IMG/VR virus record: IMGVR_UViG_3300046542_000168
Coordinates: 32,001 to 96,000 of that record
DNA length: 64,000 nucleotides
Strand: one strand, 5' to 3'
Source of the DNA: a virus
The notes under the pieces were generated by a model, which ran no database searches, was not told where the DNA came from, and saw only the letters and a list, made by a program, of their open reading frames with translations. Below are positions 54,642-63,072 of this stretch, piece by piece (positions within the stretch are counted from its first letter, which is position 1; every line of letters begins with the position of its first letter). Made by a program: the position numbers and the translations under genes.

Positions 54642-55946
54642 ATGAACTTTATTAAGAAAGCAGGTATCGGTATTGCAGCCGGTGCCTTGGTACTGATCGG
54701 CACATTCAATAGTGTATTCGTATACAACGAAGCCGGTTATCAAACTCACATTCGTACAATCACGGGTGAAGAGAAAGTAGTTACCGAAGTTGGTTATGCC
54801 ACTAAGTGGTTCGGTAAGGCCACGCCCTGGAAGCAGGCACAAACCCTCCAGTTCTCCATCGTTAAAGAAGGTGAAACAAGCCGTGAGGTTGATGACGGCG
54901 TAGGGATCGACAACTACCGCGTTACCTTCCTGGGCAACGTTGATGGTGTTGTGGAAGCTTCCACACGATTCCGTATGCCCCAGGGCGAACAGTTCCTGAA
55001 GATTGCTCGTGAGTATCGCACTCCAGACAACTTCATGCAGACTGCTGTATTGCCAGCAGTGAAAGAGACTCTGCAAACTACAGCGTCCCTGATGACTGCC
55101 GATGAATACTTCGCTGGTAGCCGCTCTGAGTTTAGTTCGAACTTCGATGACCAACTTCGAAATGGCCAGTTCGCAGTTAAACGTAAGGAAGTTCAACAAG
55201 TAATTGAAACCAATCGTAGCGAAGGTGACAAGCTTGTTTCCGGTGCTGGTATTGACGGTGAACAGAAACGTACAGCGTTCGTAACTGAGAAAGAAACTGA
55301 CGACAAGGGCCGTGAAGTTCGCAAGTCCCAGGTCTTCGTTGGTATGGGTGTAGACGTTGTAGAGGCTCGTGTCCCTAACATCCTGCCGAACCCTCAGTTC
55401 CTGGCTCGCATGGTCAAGGTGCAATCGGCCCAGGCGGATCTGGTAGTCGCTCGTGCGGATCGTCTGAAAGAGGAAGAGGCGAAGCTGCTGGCCATCGCTC
55501 GTGGTCAACGCAACGTCGAAGAGAAGCGCCAAGAAACCTTGCGTAATCAGGTCGAGCAGACCACCAACGCAGAAACCACCAAGCTCCTGGCGATCACCGC
55601 TGCTAAGCAGGCTGAAGAGTCGGCAGCCATCTCTAAGCGTACCTCCGTCGAGCTGCTGGCAAAGGCTGAGATTGACGCCAAGGCGACCAAGACCACTGCT
55701 GATGCTGAGGCGTATGCGAAAAAGGCTCTGATCCTCGCTGACGGCGCTCTGACGCAGAAACTGGCTACCCTGGAGAACATCAACAGCGTGTGGGCCCAGG
55801 CTGCTGCTAACGCCCCTGTACCGAGCGTGATGATGGGTAATGGTGGTGGTCAAGGTTCTAGCCGTCAGAGTGAGATTGGTGAACTAATGTCGATCATGGC
55901 TGCAAAGGCTGCGAAAGACTTGTCGGTTGATCTTTCCACTAAGTAA
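54642..55946 (+). CDS. SPFH/band-7 (flotillin-like) membrane protein
   Basis: N-terminal TM, band-7-like region, long EA/AK coiled coil. Confidence 0.85.
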   Translation: MNFIKKAGIGIAAGALVLIGTFNSVFVYNEAGYQTHIRTITGEEKVVTEVGYATKWFGKATPWKQAQTLQFSIVKEGETSREVDDGVGIDNYRVTFLGNVDGVVEASTRFRMPQGEQFLKIAREYRTPDNFMQTAVLPAVKETLQTTASLMTADEYFAGSRSEFSSNFDDQLRNGQFAVKRKEVQQVIETNRSEGDKLVSGAGIDGEQKRTAFVTEKETDDKGREVRKSQVFVGMGVDVVEARVPNILPNPQFLARMVKVQSAQADLVVARADRLKEEEAKLLAIARGQRNVEEKRQETLRNQVEQTTNAETTKLLAITAAKQAEESAAISKRTSVELLAKAEIDAKATKTTADAEAYAKKALILADGALTQKLATLENINSVWAQAAANAPVPSVMMGNGGGQGSSRQSEIGELMSIMAAKAAKDLSVDLSTK

Positions 55947-55949
55947 CTA

Positions 55950-56041
55950 ACTGCGGAAGATTCCGTTCCGTGGTAATTACTTACTGCGGAACATTTCTAA
56001 AACTAGTGCGGAGTATTCCTAAAATTACTGCGGAAGATTCC
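55950..56041 (+). repeat. Four 15-bp direct repeats (ACTGCGGAAGATTCC type), iteron-like
   Basis: Copies at 55950, 55983, 56005, 56027 (spacing 33/22/22). Confidence 0.8.
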
Positions 56042-56069
56042 AGTACGTCAAAAGCGAGTAATCAGTACA

Positions 56070-56480
56070 GTGGGTAATTCAGAAATGTCGAAAGTCAGTA
56101 ACACCGAGTTGACTGGAGAAGTTCGATATAAACATCTCCGACTGCAAGTCTGGGATCAGAACATGCAGGAACAAACTTACAACAAGGGCGGGATCACTAT
56201 CGCGTATCGCTACTTGACCGGCGATGAGGCCGAACGAGTCACTGGCCTGGATATTCAGCCAGCAATCTTGGTGGGGTTCGCGGGGTGTTCCTGGGCAGAC
56301 AACTTCGACCGGAAGGTTGGTCGTTCGATTGCCGAACAGCGATTGGCGAAAAGTCAGGTAGTCATCACCGGGGAGCGAACTATCAAGCGCCTGATGACGG
56401 CGACTGATCCGATGCACGTTGCCGATATCCTGGGAGAACCGATGGCGACTCAAGGTCTTCGGATCGGACTCTGCGCCTGA
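56070..56480 (+). CDS. Hypothetical phage protein
   Basis: GFAGCSWADNFDRKVGRSIAEQRL pattern. Confidence 0.7.
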   Translation: MGNSEMSKVSNTELTGEVRYKHLRLQVWDQNMQEQTYNKGGITIAYRYLTGDEAERVTGLDIQPAILVGFAGCSWADNFDRKVGRSIAEQRLAKSQVVITGERTIKRLMTATDPMHVADILGEPMATQGLRIGLCA

Positions 56481-56635
56481 AACGGGCAGAGCTAAGTTAC
56501 TGTTTTCGCTGATGAAATAATTCATCTAGTTTCCCTTCGACAACCCACCGAACAGGCGGATTGATCCCGTAAAAAGTTGTATCGAAGGGGGGCGAATCAG
56601 TAGACATCCTAGGCTGGTAAGACCTATAATAGGGT

Positions 56636-56748
56636 CTGCTGAGTCGAGAATCCCAGGCGGCTAAACCAGGTATTCCCCTCGACTCCAGAACAGGTGGGTT
56701 GGTATCCCAGCCGGTTCACTTCAAGGCCCCTCTTCGTGAGGGGCTTTG
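56636..56748 (+). ncRNA. Putative sRNA with its own promoter and terminator
   Basis: TAGACA-18 bp-TATAAT (56601-30); GAGTCGAG/CTCGACTC stem; GCCCCTC/GAGGGGC-TTT terminator. Confidence 0.5.
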
Positions 56749-57177
56749 TCGTTTCTGGGGCAGAGGTTAGTCCCGTTCGGAACACTTCGCAATACCCCAT
56801 CGTAAATAACCTTTTTCTTGACAATCAGCTCTGACTGGCGTAGAGAGCTGCGGCACGACGGATTGGCCACCCCAGCGAAGCGCCAGGGTGGACGATGCGT
56901 TGGGACGTAGCCGACAAGCGAAGCGCGTCAGTGTCCCAGGCACCGCGTTCCACCCCGCTAAAACACCCCCTATAAGATAAGAGCTTTTCCGAACTCCCGG
57001 TTTTATTACCTTTCCCCGATTTTTCATACCGTTAAAGCGTATGAACACTTCCTTTTAAAATTATGACTTGTACCTCTTAAAGGTATAAAAGATAATGGCA
57101 AACGGAGGGTGAAAATAAGCATCCTCTAGTACCTTGATTTAGAAGATTTTATCGATCACTAGGGGAAGGCGAACGCC

Positions 57178-57675
57178 ATGGCTAGCGGCAAGAAAACGGT
57201 TAAAAATCGTACAGAAATGACCGTCACCGATCACACGACTGGGGAGGCTCTATCGAGTGAAAAAACCGTCACGTACAGAGTCCCGAGAGAGCCGGACTTT
57301 GTAAAGGTGTACACCGGGGCCTTTAAGGAGGTAGTCACAAAGAAGGGTTGCCATCTGGCGATGTTTATGCTTCTGGTTGACAAGATGGGGTATGAGAATG
57401 AAATCGGCCTGACCCCGGCCGGTCGTGTCAGGATCTGCGAAGCCCTGGGTATCCAGGCACAGACCTTCCGAAACCATTTGAATGACTTGCTGGAGCGCGA
57501 TGTTCTCCGTCGAACTAGTCACGGAGAGTTCATAGTAAACCCGACGTATATTGCCAGGGGTGAGTTCGAGAAAATTCTGCCCAGGATAGAGGCGTACAAT
57601 AAGATCGGGAGGGTGAAAACTAAGAAGGGTCGGGCCCCGAAGCCTAAAGAATCCCTGGAAGAGTCAACTAATTGA
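57178..57675 (+). CDS. RepL-like plasmid replication/maintenance protein (wHTH)
   Basis: EPDFVKVY, M.YENEI, HTH segment, FIVNPTYIARG. Confidence 0.72.
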   Translation: MASGKKTVKNRTEMTVTDHTTGEALSSEKTVTYRVPREPDFVKVYTGAFKEVVTKKGCHLAMFMLLVDKMGYENEIGLTPAGRVRICEALGIQAQTFRNHLNDLLERDVLRRTSHGEFIVNPTYIARGEFEKILPRIEAYNKIGRVKTKKGRAPKPKESLEESTN

Positions 57676-57681
57676 TACAAG

Positions 57682-57708
57682 AAAAGGGCCGAAAGGCCCT
57701 TTTTATTT
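57682..57708. terminator. Bidirectional terminator
   Basis: AAAAGGGCC-GAAA-GGCCCTTTTT. Confidence 0.8.
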
Positions 57709-57778
57709 GCCCGAAATAAGGGGCTAAAACAACTAAAGGGGCCATATGGCCCCTTGCTATATACGACTTTTTACTGCC

Positions 57779-58372
57779 CTACTGGGGTGGCTGGATAAAT
57801 CCATGACTAGTCAGCCACATATCCAGGGCCTCGGTCATAATGGCTTTCTGTGACTTCTTAGTAAACATCCCAGCCAGTTTCAACAACTGGGCGCGACGGG
57901 GATCTAATGGGGTGCTGACGTTACACTCCTTTAGAAACTCCGGGTTGAGTCCCCCTGTTTCCATCATTCCAGTTAGCATAGCAGCCATAGCCGCCATTGG
58001 ATTCTGAGGTGCATCGCTCACTGGTGCAGCTTCCTGTACTGGTTGCGGTTGAGTGGGTGCAGGCTCTACTACCTGGGCAACTGGTGCAGGTTCCGCTACT
58101 TGCTGCGGTTGAACTGGCGTTGGCTGTGGTGCTGCAACTGGTGCAGGGACAACTTCTTCAGCCTGGGCGATTTCAGTCTGTGCAACTAACACAGGCTGCG
58201 GGGCTGGCTCTTCTGTTACCTGGGGCTGAGCAACTACCGGCTCTTGTACCTGGGCTGCACCTACCGCCGAGATGTTATTCACCGGGGTCGGGTTCGTAAG
58301 CATATCTTGAAGAGATAGGCGATCAGCGGCACGGTCGGCGGCGCGATCTGTTCGAGTTTTCTTGGCGCTCAT
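57779..58372 (-). CDS. ParA partner (ParG-like): Pro/Gln-rich linker plus C-terminal ribbon-helix-helix
   Basis: C-terminus NVSTPLDPRRAQLLKLAGMFTKKSQKAIMTEALDMWL; lies downstream of parA. Confidence 0.65.
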   Translation of the reverse strand: MSAKKTRTDRAADRAADRLSLQDMLTNPTPVNNISAVGAAQVQEPVVAQPQVTEEPAPQPVLVAQTEIAQAEEVVPAPVAAPQPTPVQPQQVAEPAPVAQVVEPAPTQPQPVQEAAPVSDAPQNPMAAMAAMLTGMMETGGLNPEFLKECNVSTPLDPRRAQLLKLAGMFTKKSQKAIMTEALDMWLTSHGFIQPPQ

Positions 58373-58409
58373 AATTGCATACCTGCTTAATTATTCAACC
58401 ACTTCTTTA

Positions 58410-58760
58410 AGTGGCCGCGTGATGACGTGGTTGAGCCCTCACGTCACTGATGCAGCGCTTACCTGGGCAAGCGGTCACTATAGCAACCACTCCCCTGCGT
58501 AACCCCTCACGCGATTAGATGCCTAACTGACTGATTCGTCAAGCGATCAACCACGCAAGTGACCATTCAAGTAAGCGGACACTCGGTCAATTAGCCGAGT
58601 CATCACGCGGGTGATGAATCAATCGTTCAAGCAATTGATGGATCAATGGACCGATTGAACGATGGATCAATGAAGCCATTGATCCATCGGATGTATATAC
58701 AACCCATGGGTCAATGGATCACTCGTTCAAGCAATTGATTGATCACTCGTTTGCTTGGTC
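58410..58760. repeat. Centromere-like low-complexity tract between parA and the RHH gene
   Basis: Tetramer mosaic; repeated GGATCAATG, CGTTCAAGCAATTGAT, GATCACTCGTT. Confidence 0.6.
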
Positions 58761-58762
58761 AG

Positions 58763-59542
58763 TCACTTCGCCGCCTGCTTGCCTGACTGGTCATCCAGTT
58801 TGATGCTTGCGTGCTTGCTCGGCTTCTTCACCACCTTTGCCTTGCCCACTTCTTCATTAGTAAGTGGGTCGATGATTACTGGGTTTTCGACATGAATGCC
58901 CAGCTCCATCAGGATGCAGTCGGTTAGGGCGGCAATCTCCCTGGCACCCTTATTACGCTTATCAATCTCGGCCAGGGTGCTACCAGTTCTCAGACAGTTC
59001 ACGAAACCTGCCTTGTAGTGGATGGTAGGGCCAAGCTTCCCGGCAGACGCCAGGGCAATCACTGCATCAGTTGCAATGTTGGTGGTCGGATGTACTTCGT
59101 TCAGTACGAACAGCCGGGGAGTAGTGATTTCTTTCGAAGTGAGGTCGCTCAACGACTTGACCATCGACCACAGGTCGAAGTAGCTAGCCTTCGAAGGCAT
59201 AACCAACAGGTCAGCAAGTTTGAGCACGTTGAAGATATCGCTGTGGCCGAAACCTGGGGTGTCGATCACCAGGAAATCCAGGCCCCCCGCTTCCAGCTTC
59301 GGGATTACTGCTTCTAGCTGATCGATGCCGATAGCCAGCAACTCTGGGTCGCCCAACTCGCGCTTGTCCAACCATGTAGTGGTGTTCGCAGTGGGGTCGA
59401 TGTCCATCATGCCAACGTGGTAGCCCTTCGATGCCAGGGTGCCGCCGAGTTGAACGCTGATGGTGGACTTACCACAGCCGCCCTTCTGGTTGGTGACACA
59501 GATGATCTTGAGCTTACGCTTGAACTGACTAGGGAGTTGCAT
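58763..59542 (-). CDS. parA: ParA-family partition ATPase (short, type Ib-like)
   Basis: NQKGGCGKST deviant Walker A, DIDP, IDTPG. Confidence 0.93.
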   Translation of the reverse strand: MQLPSQFKRKLKIICVTNQKGGCGKSTISVQLGGTLASKGYHVGMMDIDPTANTTTWLDKRELGDPELLAIGIDQLEAVIPKLEAGGLDFLVIDTPGFGHSDIFNVLKLADLLVMPSKASYFDLWSMVKSLSDLTSKEITTPRLFVLNEVHPTTNIATDAVIALASAGKLGPTIHYKAGFVNCLRTGSTLAEIDKRNKGAREIAALTDCILMELGIHVENPVIIDPLTNEEVGKAKVVKKPSKHASIKLDDQSGKQAAK

Positions 59543-59559
59543 GGGTGCTTCCTCTATAT

Positions 59560-60390
59560 ATAGGTGCTCACTGAGTGAGCTATTCCTTGCTAGGTTGACC
59601 GCTTACGCGGCTGAGTGCGTCCGTGCGTGGGCAAGCTATCGATGGGGCAGTCGGTCACTCGCGTAACCCATCACTGCATCAATCGCCTGGGTAATCCCCT
59701 AAGTGCGCAATTCATCGAGCCATTCATTGGCCGATCATTTCACTGCTTGAGTCATCCATCGCTCGATTGGTCGGTAGCGTGCTTCTTCACTTAATCAATG
59801 CGTCAATCAAGTGCTTCCGCACGCAACCCATCAAGCAAGCCATTAGTCCATCCATCGCTTCCGTAAGCACTCACTGGCGCGATTCACCACTTACTTGGTC
59901 GTTCGCTTGCGTGAGTGACTGGTTACGCGGTGAAGCAACTACTGGCTTGCTCAACCACTCCCTCGCTCGACTATCTGATTGCCCGACCGATTAAGGCAGG
60001 AATCAATCAATGAGTCAGTCAACGAAGCAGTTGCTCGATCAACCGAGTCATCACTCGGTCAGGAACTCAATCACTTGCGCCCTTGAGGAACCATTTAAAC
60101 ACCCGCTCGATCCCTTGTCAAACTAATTGATAGCTTAAAGCCTTCATGAATTGATCGTGCGACTGACCGATAGATCGATAGGCTGATGAATTGAGTGACC
60201 AACCGATGGAGCGATGATTGACTGAAGTAATTGATATCTCCATTCCTGAAGCAAGCAATGCCGCACTGATGTGTGTGAGGCAATGATGACAGGACCGAAT
60301 GAACAAGCGTCCAATGGGTCAAGCAATTGATGGATCAATGGGTCGAGCGTTCAATGGGTCAATGGAACCATGGGATGTATATACAAGTAA
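59560..60390. repeat. Second centromere-like tract upstream of parA
   Basis: Tetramer mosaic; shares 23-bp and 14-bp identical blocks with 58627-58702. Confidence 0.6.
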
Positions 60391-60579
60391 CGGTCCTACG
60401 CCGATTCTGACCAGTTCACAGGAGCTAAGCCCCTGCCAGGGCACCCAGGGTCGGCATACCGCTATCCAGGCCAATACCAGGGCAGATACGCAACGTCGCT
60501 ACAGGGGGCTCATAGGGGCTTCAGGCGGTAAATTCGCAGGAGGGTTGCAAGGATGGGAGGAAGTGGATAGAGTGCCGTC

Positions 60580-60697
60580 CGTCGAACGTTGCTGACCCTC
60601 ATAATCTCCCCGGAATATGTTGGTCCGTTGCTTCCTTGCTCTGATCCGTGATTGGTGGCGTTCGATACTAAGCCGCTCCCTCGTGAGCGGCTTTTTC
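60580..60697 (+). ncRNA. Putative sRNA 1
   Basis: TTGCAA-17-TAGAGT promoter (60545-73); GTCGAACG/CGTTCGAT stem; AGCCGCTC/GAGCGGCT-TTTT terminator. Confidence 0.55.
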
Positions 60698-60822
60698 ATG
60701 CCCGCAATAATTGCCTCACAGGGGCTCTATCCCGCAAGGCCCATCGGTCAGATTGTCCTACACCTCAGATGAACGGTGCCATCACTCATTGCGTCAGGTG
60801 CCATCATTGGGTAAAATCCCTG

Positions 60823-60892
60823 GGTTGGTTGTACAGTTCGCCTACTCAGCAACAACATCGAGAAGCCGCCCACACCGGGGCGGCTTTTCTTT
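60823..60892 (+). ncRNA. Putative sRNA 2
   Basis: TTGCGT-17-TAAAAT promoter (60789-817); AAGCCGCCC/GGGCGGCTT-TTCTTT terminator. Confidence 0.45.
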
Positions 60893-60906
60893 ATCTGATG
60901 GAATGG

Positions 60907-60940
60907 CTGGACAGGCGAACAGTACTGTATATAATTACAG
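60907..60940 (+). promoter_or_regulatory. Tandem LexA (SOS) boxes overlapping a sigma70 promoter
   Basis: CTG-GACAGGCGAA-CAG (60907-22) and CTG-TATATAATTA-CAG (60925-40); TGGACA-16-TATAAT. Confidence 0.75.
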
Positions 60941-60941
60941 C

Positions 60942-61033
60942 GTTAACCTCGGTAGGGACTCGTCATCCCTTCACCAGTCTTAGGGTGGATTCGTCGTCCA
61001 CACTTTAGCCGCCTACCAGGGCGGCTTTTCTTT
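60942..61033 (+). ncRNA. Putative SOS-inducible sRNA 3
   Basis: Twin hairpins AGGGA-CTCGTCA-TCCCT and GTGGA-TTCGTCG-TCCAC, then AGCCGCC/GGCGGCT-TTTC terminator; no ORF start inside. Confidence 0.6.
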
Positions 61034-61111
61034 GCTCGATGGGGAAGGAGTAGAGGGAGGGGTAGAGCAGAAATGAAGAAGGGCCTCGATTGAGGCCCTT
61101 GCTTGTGTAGC

Positions 61112-61504
61112 TTATTCGTTGAGAGTGGCCCAACCTTTTACCGCTTCAACTCCCCACTTCTTCCTCCACTCATTGAGCACTGTGTGGTTGCCGTGAGAGC
61201 TAACAATTTTCTCGTTAGTGTGAGGATTTACCCAGGTCTTTGTGGGCCTTCCTCCCTCTGTTGTAGCTGCTGCCTTAGCTACCTTAGCTGCACCTGTAGC
61301 TTGAGCTTTCGGAGCCTTATAGTTCTCATCAAGGATCTGATTCACATCTACCAGGGAGCGAGAGTGCTTAGCTAGGAGAGCACGTAGCTCACTCTCGAAT
61401 ACCTGTAGCGACTTAAGCTCAGGGTCATCCTGAAGAGCATCCAGTTGAGCTTTAGCCGCAGCTAGGGCAGCTCGTGCGAGACGGAGTTGAACGATCTTGG
61501 ACAT
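61112..61504 (-). CDS. Second, divergent MvaT-family H-NS-like protein
   Basis: FESELRALLAKHSRSL, WVNPHTNEKIVSSHGNHTVLNEWRKKWG.EAVKGW. Confidence 0.85.
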   Translation of the reverse strand: MSKIVQLRLARAALAAAKAQLDALQDDPELKSLQVFESELRALLAKHSRSLVDVNQILDENYKAPKAQATGAAKVAKAAATTEGGRPTKTWVNPHTNEKIVSSHGNHTVLNEWRKKWGVEAVKGWATLNE

Positions 61505-61616
61505 ATAGCTCTCTTGCGTGATTGGTGGAAAGTCTTACACTAGCAGTGCGTTAAGTCGCGCACTATAAGCTCAAGTAGCTCGCAACGGAAGAGAGTACTC
61601 AAGCTTAAGCTCAAAA

Positions 61617-61727
61617 ATTCCATCACAGGGGCCTCTCAAAAACTCCATTACAGGGGGTACAGATTTCCTCACAGTGGGGTACTGAATTTCCCTACAGGGG
61701 CTAGCTGAGTTTCCTCACACGGGGTAA
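61617..61727 (+). repeat. Five degenerate direct repeats TTCC..ACAGGGG spaced 21-25 bp
   Basis: ACAG/ACAC cores at 61625, 61650, 61671, 61694, 61717. Confidence 0.7.
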
Positions 61728-61959
61728 GCTCGATCTACCCTGGCTCGATGCTGCATTGTGAGCGTCCCCATTCATTCCTGTCTTAGATAGGTAGCTAACT
61801 ATCGATTTACTTGCATAGCTAGCTATCGATTTAGTTGATTAGCTAACTAAGCATTTAGATGCATAGCTAACTAACTACCTGAATAGCGCCCACACTCCCC
61901 CCTTGAAGTCCGGTATCCGGCCCAGGCTGGCAGTGGCTCTGCCTGGGCTTACGTTCCCG

Positions 61960-61988
61960 CTAATACAGCATAGTCTATGCTGTATTAG
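61960..61988. promoter_or_regulatory. Perfect 14-bp inverted repeat with 1-nt spacer (operator-like)
   Basis: CTAATACAGCATAG-T-CTATGCTGTATTAG. Confidence 0.65.
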
Positions 61989-62139
61989 AGTCAGGGGCAA
62001 GCCCTGGGAGCATTATTTTTTAACCTGGCGCCCCTAGCTTTTAACCTGGCTCGATTCGCCTCTATATAGTCGGAATGTCCAGGGGGCTAGCCTGGGGCCT
62101 GGGCCTACCTGGGGAATGAAAAGAAAATGAAAAAACAGC

Positions 62140-62169
62140 TTTACAGCATGGGCCATGCTGCAATAGGAT
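62140..62169 (+). promoter_or_regulatory. sigma70-like promoter with an operator-like palindrome in the spacer
   Basis: TTTACA-18-TAGGAT, A-rich UP element, CAGCATGG-G-CCATGCTG. Confidence 0.6.
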
Positions 62170-62214
62170 TAACCCCATCGGAAAGAAGCGGCCCAGTAGG
62201 GCAAAGGGGAGCAA

Positions 62215-62997
62215 ATGAAATACCGCATAGAAGTACAGCAAGTTTTCACGGCTCAAGGTTATGACCGTGGCGGGGAATGGTTGGCCCTGGGCGACAAGCC
62301 ACGCGGCAAGGCCGCTGCAATCGCCCTGATGGAAACTATCCAGGCCGCTAGTGGTTTGGAGCCTCCTTACCGCGTAGTCTCGGTTGACGCCCTGGGGGAT
62401 CGCGTGGAAGTGGCGAGGATCGAAAGCCCGCATAAACCGGCCCCTAAGTATGCAGTCGAAGTAACAGACGCCCAGGGCGAGAAACGCCAGGAATTCGAAT
62501 CGCTCCCCCTGGCTATGCAAATGTATACCGCTTGTGTTGACGGTGCCGAGAATGACCCACGCAAGGGCTATACCCGTCGTGTCGCCCTGGTCGGGATTGA
62601 GTCCGGCGATACTTACTATAAATGGGAGTATCTAGTCCCCCAGGCCCAGACCGGCGCTAATAAACGCCCTGAAGGGTTGACCGGCTCCCAGCTCGACTGG
62701 GCCTGTAAGCAGCCATGGTTCCACGCTTGCGAATACTTTAATGAGTTGTCGCGTAACTGGATTGTCTGGGCAAAGGAGGGGGATAAGGTTCACCCCTTTG
62801 CTGACTTTGCGGAGTTGCAAGCCTGGGCAAAGGCTAAAGAAGCCCAGGCGACTAAGCCGGTACTTTATCAAGTTTTCGAAAAGGCAACCGGGGAGGCAGT
62901 TGGCAAGAAGTATCATAATAGGAACGGCGCGGAGAATTATTGCGACGGGTTCCACCCCTACGCCCCCGGCTGTTATGAGGTAAGGCAAGTTCAATAA
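62215..62997 (+). CDS. Hypothetical early-type multidomain protein
   Basis: GGGGAG SD; follows the promoter. Confidence 0.75.
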   Translation: MKYRIEVQQVFTAQGYDRGGEWLALGDKPRGKAAAIALMETIQAASGLEPPYRVVSVDALGDRVEVARIESPHKPAPKYAVEVTDAQGEKRQEFESLPLAMQMYTACVDGAENDPRKGYTRRVALVGIESGDTYYKWEYLVPQAQTGANKRPEGLTGSQLDWACKQPWFHACEYFNELSRNWIVWAKEGDKVHPFADFAELQAWAKAKEAQATKPVLYQVFEKATGEAVGKKYHNRNGAENYCDGFHPYAPGCYEVRQVQ

Positions 62998-63072
62998 TTG
63001 ATTAACCGGGCTGGCCCCTACCTGGGGCCAGTCATTAAAGAATCGGCCTAGTAAGGCAAAGGAGTTATAAAG

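Noticed and set aside
54516-55853. 445-aa minus-strand ORF, and similar long antisense ORFs at 6368-7000, 7211-7882 and 7966-8679
   Set aside because: They shadow well-supported genes on the opposite strand and have no recognisable motifs
55950-56041. CRISPR array (also considered for 9951-10092 and 61617-61727)
   Set aside because: Repeats are 9-15 bp with very short spacers; no cas genes in the window
59767-60595. Track ORFs within the par-flanking repeat tract
   Set aside because: Low-complexity translations arising from tetramer-phased non-coding DNA
61960-61988. Protelomerase telRL site of a linear phage-plasmid
   Set aside because: Only 29 bp with an unpaired central base, and no protelomerase in the window; an operator is more likely
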